64,000 nucleotides of DNA from an uncultured Gammaproteobacteria bacterium (GCA_964453605.1 CAYVOI010000001.1:102276-166275); one strand, 5' to 3'. Shown: positions 29,431-40,779, counted from the first letter of the stretch. A program made the numbers and translations. Notes: generated by a model from the letters alone, not told the origin.

Positions 29431-29727
29431 GCTATCCTCGTGCAGTTGGTGGGCAAGCCCTGAAGTAGAACCCCGTTCACTTCAGGGTAAAGGCTCTAGT
29501 TTCTGTACATGTGGTGGGCGAGGAGGGAGTCGAACCCTCAATCCCTTGCGGGCACTAGCTCCTGAAGCTAGCGCGTATGCCAGTTCCGCCACTCGCCCAG
29601 CACATGTATAGAAGTATTTCGGTTGGCTCTGCAATGAACCGTAGGTTCTACTGCAGGGTTCCGCCCCTGCCCCGTAGCGACCTTCGGGTCTGCTGCGGGG
29701 ACTTGCCCCCCAAGTGCACGTGATAGC
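29431..29727. repeat. Nested inverted repeats centred on tRNA-Leu
   Basis: 29431-57/29702-27 (23/27), 29458-72/29644-58 (14/15), 29501-15/29599-613 (13/15). Confidence 0.75.
29512..29598 (-). tRNA. tRNA-Leu (CAG), CCA encoded
   Basis: gggcgag/ctcgccc acceptor; ctagc-ttCAGga-gctag; long variable arm. Confidence 0.95.
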
Positions 29728-29734
29728 TAGTGAG

Positions 29735-31528
29735 TTAATGGTTCCAGTGGCGGGTAGTTTTCCGGTACCACTGGTTAAGGTTGGTAAAGCGATCGGCGGG
29801 CTGCCCTATAACCTCCGGTACCGTGGCAGAAATATCTTTCGCCAGGGCGTAGTGGTAGGTTTCGCTGTAGAGGAAGGTGGCTGGGCTGTCGTCGTTGAGA
29901 ATTTGCGCCAGACGCTGGTAGTTCGTTTGCCGGAGTGTAGCGTCACTGCTCTGGCGAACTTCCGTTAAGAGCCGGTCCGCTTCACGGTTCTGGAAGCCCG
30001 ATAGGTTCAGGCCAGGCGCAGCCACTTGCGAGGAGTGCCAGAACGGGTACAGGTCTGAGGTTGCCCCCACAATTTCCCGGAGCAGCAGTACCTGGAAGCT
30101 CCGGGGAGTGATAACCTCATCGAGGAGCTGTGCGCCTGGCACCAGGTTAAGCTTCACGCTCACCCCAGCCGCTTCCCACTGCTGCTTGATGGCTCCAGCC
30201 ACCTCGAGCAGCGTGCCCTGGTCAGTGGTAGTCAGGGTTACCTCGAGCGGTGTGCTGCCGTTCTGGTACACACCACTGCCGCTGCGCTTGAACCCGGCTT
30301 GCTCGAGGAGCTGTGCCGCAGTAGCAGGGTCAAAGCGTACGGGTGTAGCTGGCCGCAGCTCGGGGCGTGTGAATGGCCCGGCGGTTGGGCTAGCTCCTGC
30401 TTCCACGGTCTGCTGTATGAGCTCAGTACGGTTGATAGCGTAGCCCAGGGCTTGGCGCACCGCGCGAGACTTCAGGAGCGGGTCGCGTTCGTTGTAGAAA
30501 AGCGCGGTGTACTGAGGTAGCTGCAACTCGTGGCTGGCAAACTTGCTGACGCTGATAGCGGCTTCAACATCGGGGTTGTTGCCCCCCACACCATCAACCG
30601 CACCTTGGCGCAGGTCGTCTATTAAGCTCGGGGCATCGGGGTAGAACCGGAGTATAATTCTGGTGAGGAACGGTTTGGTAGTGTGGGTGAACGCGTTGGG
30701 TACTAGGGTGTAGGTGCTAAGGTTACCAACCTCATCGCGGGTTAAACTCTGAAACCGCCAGGGGCCTGTGCCAACCGCTTGTAGGTTAGCGGGTGCGGCT
30801 GGCCAGTCAGCCACGGCCACCTTGGACCACACGTGCTCGGGCAGTAAGCCCAAGGTTAGGTTCTCCAGAAAATTGGGGTAGGGTGTAGGCAAGCTGAAGC
30901 TTACGGTGGCTACGCCCTGCTGTGCTATCTTCACACCCGCAAAGCTCTGGCGGAGCGGGCTCCTGAGGTCAGGGTTTTGTAGGGTTTGAAAGGTGAACGT
31001 AACATCGTTAGCGTTTAGGGGGTAGCCGTCGGACCACTGCAGGTTTGGTTTCAGGGTTACCAGGTAGGTTTTGTGGTCGGTGCTCGCGCTCCAGTCTTGT
31101 GCCAAGTCGGGTACCACCTGGCCGTTGGCGTCGTGTTGGAACAGGCCGCGGTAAGTAAGTTTACCTAGGTCAAGCTCAGCGCCGCTTTGGGCCAGGAGTG
31201 GGTTAGCGGTGGCTGGAGTACCGATTATGCCCTCGGTGTACTCATCACCAACTTTTGCTACGGGCGTGGTGTGCTTTAGGTACCACCGGCTGCCGATGAG
31301 CCCTAGGCTCAAGAGGCACAGGGCTAGCAGCCCTAGGCCAATGCGCCGTTCAGTTTCAGACAGGGTACGAGGTAAGAGCTTGAGCTGGTTTAAACTCGGT
31401 GCGGTTCGGGCCGTTACTCGGCGGAGCGTATCGTGGGCGGCACTTTCGCTCGGGCCGTAGAAGAGTTTTACAACTGCACGCCCGAAGCGGCTCGCCCGTT
31501 CGCGGAACGTGCTCGTGAATAGAGGCAA
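29735..31528 (-). CDS. ABC transporter substrate-binding protein, family 5 (OppA/DppA-like)
   Basis: PDLA..W, WSDG.P..A.DV.FT, GTGPW, VRQAL..AINR. Confidence 0.88.
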   Translation of the reverse strand: MPLFTSTFRERASRFGRAVVKLFYGPSESAAHDTLRRVTARTAPSLNQLKLLPRTLSETERRIGLGLLALCLLSLGLIGSRWYLKHTTPVAKVGDEYTEGIIGTPATANPLLAQSGAELDLGKLTYRGLFQHDANGQVVPDLAQDWSASTDHKTYLVTLKPNLQWSDGYPLNANDVTFTFQTLQNPDLRSPLRQSFAGVKIAQQGVATVSFSLPTPYPNFLENLTLGLLPEHVWSKVAVADWPAAPANLQAVGTGPWRFQSLTRDEVGNLSTYTLVPNAFTHTTKPFLTRIILRFYPDAPSLIDDLRQGAVDGVGGNNPDVEAAISVSKFASHELQLPQYTALFYNERDPLLKSRAVRQALGYAINRTELIQQTVEAGASPTAGPFTRPELRPATPVRFDPATAAQLLEQAGFKRSGSGVYQNGSTPLEVTLTTTDQGTLLEVAGAIKQQWEAAGVSVKLNLVPGAQLLDEVITPRSFQVLLLREIVGATSDLYPFWHSSQVAAPGLNLSGFQNREADRLLTEVRQSSDATLRQTNYQRLAQILNDDSPATFLYSETYHYALAKDISATVPEVIGQPADRFTNLNQWYRKTTRHWNH

Positions 31529-31550
31529 CGTAGAGATAGCGGGTTGATGA

Positions 31551-31778
31551 CTACTGACCGAGGAAGTTCCAGGCCCCCAGGCCTAAGAAAGCCGCAGCCA
31601 GTACAATAGTAGCAATGAAGAGTACCTTTTCTACTCCACGCTTGGTGCGGTAGACGTTACCTTCACCACCAAAAATTCCACCTAAGCCTGCACCTCGGTT
31701 CTGGAGTAGAATAGCCAAAATGAGCAGTAAGCTTACTACCAGGACAGCAATTTGGACGTAACTAGACATTTCAGTCAA
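31551..31778 (-). CDS. secG: Preprotein translocase subunit SecG
   Basis: ILLQNRGAGLGGIFGG loop between two TM segments. Confidence 0.9.
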   Translation of the reverse strand: MTEMSSYVQIAVLVVSLLLILAILLQNRGAGLGGIFGGEGNVYRTKRGVEKVLFIATIVLAAAFLGLGAWNFLGQ

Positions 31779-31930
31779 AATAAAAAAGCCAAGTGGCGTA
31801 TCAAGTTCGTGCTCAGCATACCACAGTGCAGTATTTCTGTCAATCCCGTGATAATAAATACCAGCGGCTCAATTGCGGAGTCGCTGGTAAATGGTACTGG
31901 TGTACGATGGTGGTCCAGGTGAGTCTAACC

Positions 31931-32542
31931 TTAGGCTCGCTTATCAGATTGGCTGCCTTGTTCCAGTACTGCTTCTGCGGTTTCCTTGGCGTGCAGCCTG
32001 CCTCGGTACTCGGTAAGGTCGGGCATCTTGAAGCCAAACGCGGCAGCAAGGGCATCAACGCGCTGGAACTGTTTCAGCGCTCGTTTTGCATCGTAGAAGA
32101 GTGAGTCTTCAGCTACATTGAGCTGCTCGTAGCGGGCATTGCTTTCGTTAGTGGTTTTGTGCAACTCCAGCTCTCTGTCGCTCCTGACCTTGGTGTACAG
32201 GTGATCAGCGGTGTCGTACATGGCCGCGTACCAGGCGAGTCTCATGTCAACCAGGGAGCTGAGAGCAGTTTTGGCGTACTCTTGCTTGGTCCGCGGCGGC
32301 TCGCACCTGAACTCGGTGCGGAATCGGTGTTCGCTGAAACGGATCATAGTCAACAGTACAATGCTCGCCAGGACGGCGGTTGATAACAGCACGGTGTACT
32401 TTATCATCGACGGATCGAAGAAGGTGATATTTTCTTCGAGTACGATACCCGCTCCGAGGGCGATGAACATTATAGTGGTACCCAGTAACACTGGGGCAAC
32501 CTCTTCCCGTTCTTGGCATAGCAACGCTCGAAATTTACTCAT
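31931..32542 (-). CDS. Hypothetical membrane protein (orphan cassette)
   Basis: AAGGAG RBS; two TM segments then a helical domain. Confidence 0.6.
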   Translation of the reverse strand: MSKFRALLCQEREEVAPVLLGTTIMFIALGAGIVLEENITFFDPSMIKYTVLLSTAVLASIVLLTMIRFSEHRFRTEFRCEPPRTKQEYAKTALSSLVDMRLAWYAAMYDTADHLYTKVRSDRELELHKTTNESNARYEQLNVAEDSLFYDAKRALKQFQRVDALAAAFGFKMPDLTEYRGRLHAKETAEAVLEQGSQSDKRA

Positions 32543-32652
32543 TGTATTTCTCCTTAATTTTGTGTTTGTGTTATGGTTTATGGGTGCTGCTAAGTAACGT
32601 TTTTGTGCTTTACTTTTAGTACTATTAGGAAAGTTTGTCAATACCCCTCCCT

Positions 32653-34722
32653 ATGTCGCCCCACGACTTTTTAGCCGGTCTTAATGAACCACAACAGCAA
32701 GCCGTTACCACTACCGAAGGCCCAGTGCTTGTACTGGCCGGGGCCGGTAGCGGTAAAACGCGCACGTTGGTGCACCGTTTAGCCTACCTTATCTCGGTCC
32801 GCAAGGTACCAGCCCGGAGCGTATTGGCCGTAACCTTTACCAATAAAGCGGCTCAGGCCATGCGAGCCCGGGTGGCTGCTCTCCTGCGGCGGCCACTTAC
32901 CCAAGCGGGGCCTACCGTGGGTACGTTTCATGCGGTGTCGTGCCGGTTCCTCAGGGCTGAAGCCAAACACCTTGGCTACCCAGCCCACTTTTCTATTTAC
33001 GATGAGGATGATCAAAAGTCGTTGATCAAAGAAGCGTTTAGGGATCTTAATTTTAGCGTTAAGAGTTTGCAGCCAGGTGCGGTACTTAATGCCATTTCAC
33101 GTGCTAAGGCGGAGCTTATCAACCCTGAGGCCTATGCTCGGGAGGTGGCGGATGATTACTTTAGTGAAAAAGTAGCGCGTGTGTATGTGCGCTACCAGGA
33201 GCTCCTTAGACAGAACAAGGCGTACGACTTTGACGACCTGATTGGCGAAACCGTGCGCTTGTGGCAAGAGTACCCTGAGGTGTTAGCGCGCTACCAAGAC
33301 ACCTTCCGCTACCTTTTGGTTGACGAGTATCAGGATGTTAACCGCGCTCAGTACGTGTGGACTAAGCTGTTAGCCCAGAAGTATCAGAACCTGTGCGTGG
33401 TAGGGGATGATTGGCAATCTATCTACGGCTGGCGCGGTGCCGACTTTGGCAACATCCTGCGCTTTGCTGAAGACTACCCCAAGGCCAAGGTCATCAAGCT
33501 CGAACAAAACTACCGCTCCACCAAAGTCATCATCGCGGCCTCTAACGCCGTGATGGCGAAAGCCGAGCGCAAGGCCGACAAGCTGCTCTGGACCGAGAAC
33601 GCGCAAGGCGAACCTATTAGCGTAACCGAGGTGGAGGACGAGGTGGCCGAGGCTAGGTTTGTAGTGGAAGAGGTGATGAACCTAGCCCAAGGTAAGCATA
33701 CAGCAAACCCAGATAACGAGGTTGAGCTCTTGCCGGATCAGGAACTAGGTACTGATTCTGAGGGCGCGGCGCCACAGAAACTGCCTGACTACATGCAGGT
33801 GAAGCGTTACCAGGGTAACCGCGAGGTGTTGAAGCAGTTTGTGGTGCTTTACCGCACCAACGCTCAGAGCCGGGCGCTGGAAGAAGCCTGCTTGAGGGCC
33901 GGGCTGCCTTACCAACTAGTAGGTGCACTCAGGTTTTATGAACGCCGCGAGGTGAAAGACGTACTGGCCTACTTGAGGCTTATACTAAACCCAGCCGATG
34001 GGGTGAGTTTTGAGCGCGCTATTTTAAGTTCGCCTCGTGGTGTGGGGCTTACTACTGTGGAGCAAGTGCTGCAGTTGGCACAGAGTAAAAAGGTCACGCC
34101 GCTTGAAGCAGCCGAGTTTAGCGAACTTAAGCTAGCTCCGGCGCGTCAAGAACCGCTGCTGGGGTTTGCCCAGCTCATTCAAAACTTAAACAAAGGTTTG
34201 AGCATGCATACAGTCAGTGACCTTATAGATGCGGTGGCACAAGGTGGCGGGTTGGTCACGCACCTACGCGACGGCTCTGCTCAGGGCGAGGCGCGCTTAG
34301 AAAACATTGAAGAGCTAAAGACTGTGGCTGAGGAGCGAGCGCCGGGTAAGGGGCAGGCCGCACTCGAACGGTTTCTCACTGACGTTAGCCTATGGCAAGA
34401 CCAGGACACCTTTGACCAGGAAAAAGGCGGCCTCACGCTTATGACCGTGCATGCGGCTAAGGGGTTAGAATTCGACACCGTGTTCATTGTCGGTATGGAA
34501 GAGGGGTTGTTCCCGCACACTTCATCTTTAGACGACCCGCGGGAGCTTGAAGAGGAACGCCGTTTGGCTTACGTCGCTCTAACCCGCGCTCGGCACAAAG
34601 TGTACTGCATCTACGCCACCAATCGGCGTTTATTTGGAAGCCTAGTAGTTGGGTTACCATCACGGTTCTTGGGCGAGTTGCCGGAGGAGCTTACCACTTC
34701 ACAGGTAGTGAATCCGTTCTAG
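32653..34722 (+). CDS. pcrA: PcrA/UvrD helicase
   Basis: AGAGSGKT, DEYQD, GDDWQSIY.WRG, QNYRS, HAAKGLEF, YVALTRA. Confidence 0.95.
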   Translation: MSPHDFLAGLNEPQQQAVTTTEGPVLVLAGAGSGKTRTLVHRLAYLISVRKVPARSVLAVTFTNKAAQAMRARVAALLRRPLTQAGPTVGTFHAVSCRFLRAEAKHLGYPAHFSIYDEDDQKSLIKEAFRDLNFSVKSLQPGAVLNAISRAKAELINPEAYAREVADDYFSEKVARVYVRYQELLRQNKAYDFDDLIGETVRLWQEYPEVLARYQDTFRYLLVDEYQDVNRAQYVWTKLLAQKYQNLCVVGDDWQSIYGWRGADFGNILRFAEDYPKAKVIKLEQNYRSTKVIIAASNAVMAKAERKADKLLWTENAQGEPISVTEVEDEVAEARFVVEEVMNLAQGKHTANPDNEVELLPDQELGTDSEGAAPQKLPDYMQVKRYQGNREVLKQFVVLYRTNAQSRALEEACLRAGLPYQLVGALRFYERREVKDVLAYLRLILNPADGVSFERAILSSPRGVGLTTVEQVLQLAQSKKVTPLEAAEFSELKLAPARQEPLLGFAQLIQNLNKGLSMHTVSDLIDAVAQGGGLVTHLRDGSAQGEARLENIEELKTVAEERAPGKGQAALERFLTDVSLWQDQDTFDQEKGGLTLMTVHAAKGLEFDTVFIVGMEEGLFPHTSSLDDPRELEEERRLAYVALTRARHKVYCIYATNRRLFGSLVVGLPSRFLGELPEELTTSQVVNPF

Positions 34723-34784
34723 AAAAAGCAACGCACCGCGGTAAATTGCGGTGCGAGCGAGAAACTTGTTGTAGGGCGTCGCCT

Positions 34785-34940
34785 TTATTTGTGGAACGCG
34801 AGCTCTTCGTGTGGATCAAGCTCAATTAGCTCGTTGGGCTCGGGAATCTGTTTGGGTGTAGAGCGGACTTTGTGCATTGCGGCTATGACCACGCTGCCCA
34901 GTGCAGCGAACACAAATACAGTGACGATCTTTTTCATCAT
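34785..34940 (-). CDS. Small membrane protein (orphan cassette)
   Basis: AAGGA RBS, TTGACA-16-TATCAT, N-terminal hydrophobic helix, downstream hairpin 34732-34755. Confidence 0.55.
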   Translation of the reverse strand: MMKKIVTVFVFAALGSVVIAAMHKVRSTPKQIPEPNELIELDPHEELAFHK

Positions 34941-35024
34941 GTTGTCCTTTTGTGTTTTGTGATACACGGTTAATTAGCGAACAGAACATGATAGCACGTT
35001 GAGGTAAAATGTCAAGTCCTTAGG

Positions 35025-36779
35025 CTATCCACTCAGGTACTGCTTGATACCGCTGGCACGTTTGCTCCCCACAATGTTAGCTAGCTCTTCGCTCGAGGCG
35101 TTCCTAACTTTAGTGAGTGAGCCGAACTTGGCCTTGAGCTTACGTTTCAGTACTGGTCCAACGCCAGGCAGTTCATCCCAACCAGAACGCACGCTGACCT
35201 TACGGTGGCGCGAGCGGTAGAAGGTTATACCAAAACGATGTGCCTCATCTCTAAGTTCTTGTAAGATAAGTCGGGCCGGAGAATCAGCCGGTAGTTTAAC
35301 TGGTTCGGCACGGTTCGGGAGGTAAATAAGTTCTTCGCGTTTAGCGAGCGCGAGCAGGGGAACCCGTACCTCAACTTCTCTGAGAGTTCGGCTCACTATC
35401 GACAGCTGACCTGAGCCCCCATCGAGCATCACAAGGTCAGGCTTGGGCCAGTCATGATTCTTAGTAAAGCGGCGCTCGAGCATTTGCGCCAGCATAGCGA
35501 AGTCGTTGGGACCTTTGAGGCCAGTGATTTTAAACTTACGGTACTGTTTAGGGTCAGGTAGGCCGTGGGTTAAGACGACCATGGCACCAACCGCCGAGGT
35601 GCCTTGGATGTTGGAAATGTCGTAGCCCTCTATGCGGTTGGGGCGTTCAGGCAGACGAGCCAGCTCTTGCAGTTCTGCCAGGCCAAGCCGAGCTCGCGTC
35701 TGCCGCCGAGTAATGCTGGCCGCACTTTGGTCTAGGTAGTTTTGGGCTGCGGCTTCAGCCATTTTGAGCAGTGAGCGCTTTTGCCCGCGCTCCGGAACCT
35801 GTAGCGTGCTGTTAGGTAGGCGAACTTCACGGAGCGCCTGGCGGAGGTAGATGGTTTTTACGCGCTCAGTGTTTTGAGGGTAGTACTGTTCTACAAAGCC
35901 ACTTAGAATTTCCGCGTCAGTCAGTTTAGTTGTGTGGTCGAGCAGGAAGTGTTCAGCGTCCAACAGTACGCCGCGCCGTACCGGTAGCCTGGTAACGGCG
36001 GCACTATCACTCGTACGCCCCAGGCCCAGTACGTCGTAGCTCTCGCGCCGCGGCGAAAGTACGTTCTGTTTTACCGCCAGGCGCTCCAGGGCCCGCTTTT
36101 GGTCGCGGAGTTTAGCTGCCAGCTCAAACTGCCGTGTGGTGGCCGCCTGGGCCATGCTGTGCTCGAGTGAACCAACTAGTTCTCGTACTTCGCCTTTGAG
36201 TACCTGCTCAAGTGAGCGTAGCTGCTTGCGGTAGCGCTGTTTGCTGCCTGGACCAAGGTTGTGTCCCAGGCAACGCCCCAGGCGACTATCAAAGCAGGGT
36301 TTGTCGCTCGGGTTGGTGCACGTTCTGAGGGCGAGTACTTTTTTGAGAAACCTTAAGCTGTCGCGAGGAGTTGATGCCGCGGGGTAGGGGCCAAAGTACT
36401 TCACCCCACGCGTGGTTGGTCGGCGCTCCAAAAATACCCGCGGGTAGGCTTCGCGGTAGTCAATAGCAATGTACAGCCAGCTCTTATCATCCTTTAGTAC
36501 TACGTTGTAGGGCGGCTGGTGCTGCTTAATAAGGTTACCCTCGAGCAGCAAGGCTTCGGCCTCGTTCTTTACCACGGTCGTTTGCAGGTGGTGTACCTCA
36601 CCAACCATCACGCGTTTGGCTGGGCTGAGTTCAGCAGCCTTTTGGAAGTACGATCGTACCCGTGAGCGTAGGTTTTTGGCTTTGCCGACGTAGAGGAGTC
36701 TGTCTTGGCGGTTGAAAAACTCGTAAATACCTGGGCCGGCAGGAAGCCTCTGTAGTTGGCGACTGAGCACTTTGGGCAT
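35025..36779 (-). CDS. uvrC: Excinuclease ABC subunit C
   Basis: PGIY/YVGKA GIY-YIG, DISN, DGG.GQ, RDEAHRF, HhH. Confidence 0.95.
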   Translation of the reverse strand: MPKVLSRQLQRLPAGPGIYEFFNRQDRLLYVGKAKNLRSRVRSYFQKAAELSPAKRVMVGEVHHLQTTVVKNEAEALLLEGNLIKQHQPPYNVVLKDDKSWLYIAIDYREAYPRVFLERRPTTRGVKYFGPYPAASTPRDSLRFLKKVLALRTCTNPSDKPCFDSRLGRCLGHNLGPGSKQRYRKQLRSLEQVLKGEVRELVGSLEHSMAQAATTRQFELAAKLRDQKRALERLAVKQNVLSPRRESYDVLGLGRTSDSAAVTRLPVRRGVLLDAEHFLLDHTTKLTDAEILSGFVEQYYPQNTERVKTIYLRQALREVRLPNSTLQVPERGQKRSLLKMAEAAAQNYLDQSAASITRRQTRARLGLAELQELARLPERPNRIEGYDISNIQGTSAVGAMVVLTHGLPDPKQYRKFKITGLKGPNDFAMLAQMLERRFTKNHDWPKPDLVMLDGGSGQLSIVSRTLREVEVRVPLLALAKREELIYLPNRAEPVKLPADSPARLILQELRDEAHRFGITFYRSRHRKVSVRSGWDELPGVGPVLKRKLKAKFGSLTKVRNASSEELANIVGSKRASGIKQYLSG

Positions 36780-36944
36780 ATACGTAAGTATAGTCTGGTA
36801 GTTGACAAAACTGCTACCCGCCGCTCCACCGAACTGGCGGAGCTCTTTAACTGGTCAAAGTGTTTGACAGTGGCCCCAAAAATTGTTAGGTTCACCTCAG
36901 TACCCCCCAAAAAGTCAACACCAACCTAAAATAGTTCTGAGGAG

Positions 36945-37355
36945 ATGAACATGAAAACCAAAAGAACGTTATTTTTAATTGTTATCTGTACGCTGGCGAT
37001 AGTAGTTTTCACTAGTCACCCGCTACAGCCACTGCGCCACCTTACCATTGCAAACATTCGCTGTTACTGTCCGGGTGACGAGGTCAGCAAGCAATTGTTG
37101 GGTACGTGTCGGGGTGAGCTTGAAACTCGGTTTAAAGCAGCCGGCGCGCAGTTTGCCGCCAGCGGCCTTCTGTTGAACGTAAGGTTCGACATGGTGCGTG
37201 GTTCGCTACAAGCCAGCACTTACTTTATCAGCGATAAATATCGTCTGTTTATCGTAGATGTGCCATTGGCACCGCAAGCCTCACCCACCGAGGCGACCAT
37301 GGCTGCCATTGCCGATGGTGTGCTAGATTATTTTACGCATGAGCATACTTTGTAG
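36945..37355 (+). CDS. Hypothetical exported protein (orphan cassette)
   Basis: TTGACA-17-TAGGTT, GAGGAG RBS, signal-like N-terminus, hairpin near 37366-37393. Confidence 0.6.
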   Translation: MNMKTKRTLFLIVICTLAIVVFTSHPLQPLRHLTIANIRCYCPGDEVSKQLLGTCRGELETRFKAAGAQFAASGLLLNVRFDMVRGSLQASTYFISDKYRLFIVDVPLAPQASPTEATMAAIADGVLDYFTHEHTL

Positions 37356-37520
37356 GTACCACTTGGGCCGCCCCCTAAAATCGGGCGGCCTTTAATACCC
37401 AGCCAATATGGTACCTACCTGCATAACCCGCGCTTGACGACACTAAAGCTTTCCGCTAGGCTTACTGGTTATGAATGAATATTAACCACTAAATTAATAC
37501 TAACAAAAGCGGAGAAAGCC

Positions 37521-37697
37521 ATGGAAAAAAGTAAATCAGTTTCCCCAGAGCCACAGTCCGCCAAACCGTCCACCCCACCCGCAGGGGAACATGTAAATCA
37601 ACATTAGGCCGAGGAGCTCGAGGCCATAGCACGAGCTGAACGTTTCCTTGCCGACCCCCAAAACATCCGGGAGTTGCGGGATTCCGACAGCAACTAA
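37521..37697 (+). pseudogene. Small ORF with in-frame TAG at 37605-37607
   Basis: TTGACG-17-TAGGCT promoter, GGAG RBS, terminator near 37724-37752. Confidence 0.35.
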
Positions 37698-37817
37698 CCC
37701 CTCAACACCCCCCTGTGCGCAGTAAACCCTGGTTATCCACCAGGGTTTTTTATCCGTTACCAGGGGTTCTTGACCGCGCTTGACACGGGGTGTATACTGA
37801 CCCCACTTTGCGCGCCT

Positions 37818-40706
37818 ATGCCGGTCAAACCATCAAAACCTAAAGTTTCTCCACTCCCGAACGGGGCCGACCGCATCACTATTCGTGGTGCCAGGGTGCA
37901 CAACCTCAAGAACATCTCCCTCGACATCCCCAGGGACAAGCTGGTGGTTCTGACTGGGCTTTCCGGCTCCGGCAAGTCGTCCCTCGCCTTCGACACTATC
38001 TACGCCGAGGGTCAACGCCGTTACATCGAATCGCTGTCGTCCTACGCGCGGCAGTTCTTGGGTATGATGGACAAGCCGGACGTAGACCAGATAGATGGTT
38101 TGAGCCCGGCCATTTCCATTGACCAAAAGTCCACCTCCCATAACCCCCGCTCTACCGTAGGTACGGTCACCGAGATCTACGACTACCTCAGGCTCTTGTT
38201 TGCTCGTGTCGGCATGCCTCACTGTCCGCAGTGCGGCCGGGCGGTAGCTAAGCAGTCAGTGGATCAAATTGTAGCCCGCCTCGGGGAGCTACCAGTGGGC
38301 ACCAGCTTAGAGCTTTTAGCCCCCGTAGTCCGTGACCAAAAGGGCGAGCACAAGAACACCGTGGCCGAGCTTAAAAAGGCAGGTTACGTCCGCCTCAAGT
38401 TCGATGGCAACCTCATGTCTATGGAAGAGGCGGAGGATTTACGTGTCGACAAGCAGAAGCGCCATACCGTTGAGGTGGTGGTAGATAAGGTTAAGGTCTC
38501 GAAAGATCCAGACGATATCACCCGGCTGCACGACTCACTCACCACCGCGCTCGACCTTGGTGACGGACTCATTAAGGTGGCCCGGCCCGAAGGCGGACCA
38601 GACATGCTTTTCAGTGAGCACTTTTCCTGTCCGCACTGTGGTATCGACCTGCCGAATATAGAACCCCGCAGCTTCTCCTTTAACTCGCCCCACGGTGCTT
38701 GTGCCGAGTGTACGGGCCTAGGGACTAAGCTTGAAATAGACCCCGATTTAGTTATACCGAACAAGCGCCTAACCATTTCCGAGGGCGCCATTCGGCCGTG
38801 GTCCAGGACTTCCGCTAACCAAACTTGGTACTACCGCGTGCTCGAGGCTGTAGCTCGTGACCACAAGTTCTCGCTCGATGTACCGGTGTCTAAGCTAACC
38901 CGCGACCAGCTCAAGCTGGTGCTCTACGGCACCGGTGCTAAGAACTACAACGTCAACGCCGCTGACGGGCAAATGGGCAAGGTTCGGGAGTTCTACACTA
39001 CGTTTGAAGGCGTGATCCCAAACTTGGAGCGCCGGTACCGTGAAACCGAGTCCGATTACATGCGTAGCGAAATCGAGCGCTACATGCGCGTGTGGCCCTG
39101 TCCTACGTGTAAAGGTAAGCGGTTGAAGCCCGAAGTTTTGGCCGTTACGGTGCTTGAGAAGAGCATTGCCGATATTGCCACCCTGTCGGTAGCGGCCGCA
39201 CGGCAGTTCTTTAGTGGGTTCGAGGCTAAGCTGTCGGAGCGTGAGCTCAAGATTGCTCGGCAGGTAGTTAAAGAAATTCGTGAGCGGCTCTCGTTTCTTT
39301 CGGACGTTGGTCTTGATTACCTGACCCTCGACCGCGCTGCCGCAACACTCTCGGGTGGTGAAGCTCAGCGCATCAGGCTGGCCACGCAGATTGGTTCTTC
39401 GCTCGTCGGGGTCATCTACATTTTAGACGAGCCTTCCATTGGTTTGCACCAGCGTGACAACGACAAGCTCATTGTTACCTTAAAGCGCCTGCGGGACCTC
39501 GGGAACACGGTCATTGTGGTGGAGCACGACCACGAGACCATGATGGCCGCCGACCAGCTCATCGACATTGGCCCAGGCGCTGGCAAGCACGGTGGCGAGG
39601 TGGTGGCACAGGGCACGCCGGCCGAGGTTGCCAAAACCAAAACGTCCCTCACTGGCCAGTACCTTTCAGGCAAGCTTGCTATTACGCCGCCAGCCAAGCT
39701 CCACGCTGGCAACGGCAAAAAGCTCGCCATTCTTGGTGCGCAGGAGTTCAATTTGAAGAACATCGACGTAGACATTCCTTTGGGTAAGCTGGTTTGCATC
39801 ACCGGTGTGTCAGGCTCTGGCAAGAGCACCTTGATGACCGAAATTTTAGCCAAGGCTTTGTCGCAGCACTTCTACAACTCTAAAGACTTGCCTGGTAAGC
39901 ACAAGGCTATCAAAGGTTTGGAGCACATCGACAAGGTTATCGACATCGATCAAAGCCCCATTGGCCGTACTCCCAGGAGCAACCCCGCTACCTACACGGG
40001 CGTATTCACCCCTATTCGCGACCTGTTCTCACAACTGCCGGAGGCCAAAATCCGCGGCTACGACCCAGGCAAGTTCAGCTTCAATGTTAAGGGTGGCCGC
40101 TGTGAGGCTTGCGAGGGTGACGGTTTGGTGCGCATAGAAATGCACTTCTTGCCGGACGTGTACGTGGAGTGCGAGGAATGCCACGGCAAACGCTACAATC
40201 AGCAAGCTCTGGAAATTCACTACAAAGGCAAGAACATTTCCGACGTGCTGGAAATGACAGCCGAGGAAGCCATGAACTTTTTTGAGAACGTACCCGTGAT
40301 CCACGACAAATTACAAGTTCTTTGTGAGGTGGGCTTGGGGTACATACACCTTGGCCAGAGTGCGACCACGCTTTCGGGCGGTGAGGCGCAGCGCATTAAG
40401 CTCGCCACAGAACTCAGCCGCCGTTCTACTGGCCGCACGCTGTACATTCTGGACGAACCTACCACCGGGCTGCACTTTGATGATGTGAAACGTTTGCTCC
40501 ACGTGCTGAATCAACTCGTAGACCGCGGCAACACCGTCCTCGTTATAGAGCACAACCTGGACATTATAAAATCAGCCGACTGGATTGTAGACCTGGGGCC
40601 TGAGGGCGGGGACAAAGGCGGTGAGCTAGTGGCCGCTGGCACACCCAAGGACGTAGTCAAGGTTAAGCGCAGCTACACTGGCCAGTGGCTTAAGAAAGTT
40701 TTGTAG
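37818..40706 (+). CDS. uvrA: Excinuclease ABC subunit A
   Basis: Two ABC modules ([26 protein letters not shown] twice) and Zn fingers. Confidence 0.97.
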   Translation: MPVKPSKPKVSPLPNGADRITIRGARVHNLKNISLDIPRDKLVVLTGLSGSGKSSLAFDTIYAEGQRRYIESLSSYARQFLGMMDKPDVDQIDGLSPAISIDQKSTSHNPRSTVGTVTEIYDYLRLLFARVGMPHCPQCGRAVAKQSVDQIVARLGELPVGTSLELLAPVVRDQKGEHKNTVAELKKAGYVRLKFDGNLMSMEEAEDLRVDKQKRHTVEVVVDKVKVSKDPDDITRLHDSLTTALDLGDGLIKVARPEGGPDMLFSEHFSCPHCGIDLPNIEPRSFSFNSPHGACAECTGLGTKLEIDPDLVIPNKRLTISEGAIRPWSRTSANQTWYYRVLEAVARDHKFSLDVPVSKLTRDQLKLVLYGTGAKNYNVNAADGQMGKVREFYTTFEGVIPNLERRYRETESDYMRSEIERYMRVWPCPTCKGKRLKPEVLAVTVLEKSIADIATLSVAAARQFFSGFEAKLSERELKIARQVVKEIRERLSFLSDVGLDYLTLDRAAATLSGGEAQRIRLATQIGSSLVGVIYILDEPSIGLHQRDNDKLIVTLKRLRDLGNTVIVVEHDHETMMAADQLIDIGPGAGKHGGEVVAQGTPAEVAKTKTSLTGQYLSGKLAITPPAKLHAGNGKKLAILGAQEFNLKNIDVDIPLGKLVCITGVSGSGKSTLMTEILAKALSQHFYNSKDLPGKHKAIKGLEHIDKVIDIDQSPIGRTPRSNPATYTGVFTPIRDLFSQLPEAKIRGYDPGKFSFNVKGGRCEACEGDGLVRIEMHFLPDVYVECEECHGKRYNQQALEIHYKGKNISDVLEMTAEEAMNFFENVPVIHDKLQVLCEVGLGYIHLGQSATTLSGGEAQRIKLATELSRRSTGRTLYILDEPTTGLHFDDVKRLLHVLNQLVDRGNTVLVIEHNLDIIKSADWIVDLGPEGGDKGGELVAAGTPKDVVKVKRSYTGQWLKKVL

Positions 40707-40779
40707 AGTTTAGTTTTTTAAAAAAGAAAAGCGTCTACGAGGGTAGGCGCTTTTTTGTTCATTCACACTGGCAAATGTT

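Noticed and set aside
10437-40706. Concentration of DNA repair genes as a dedicated island
   Set aside because: They are interspersed with unrelated core genes, as expected in a small genome.
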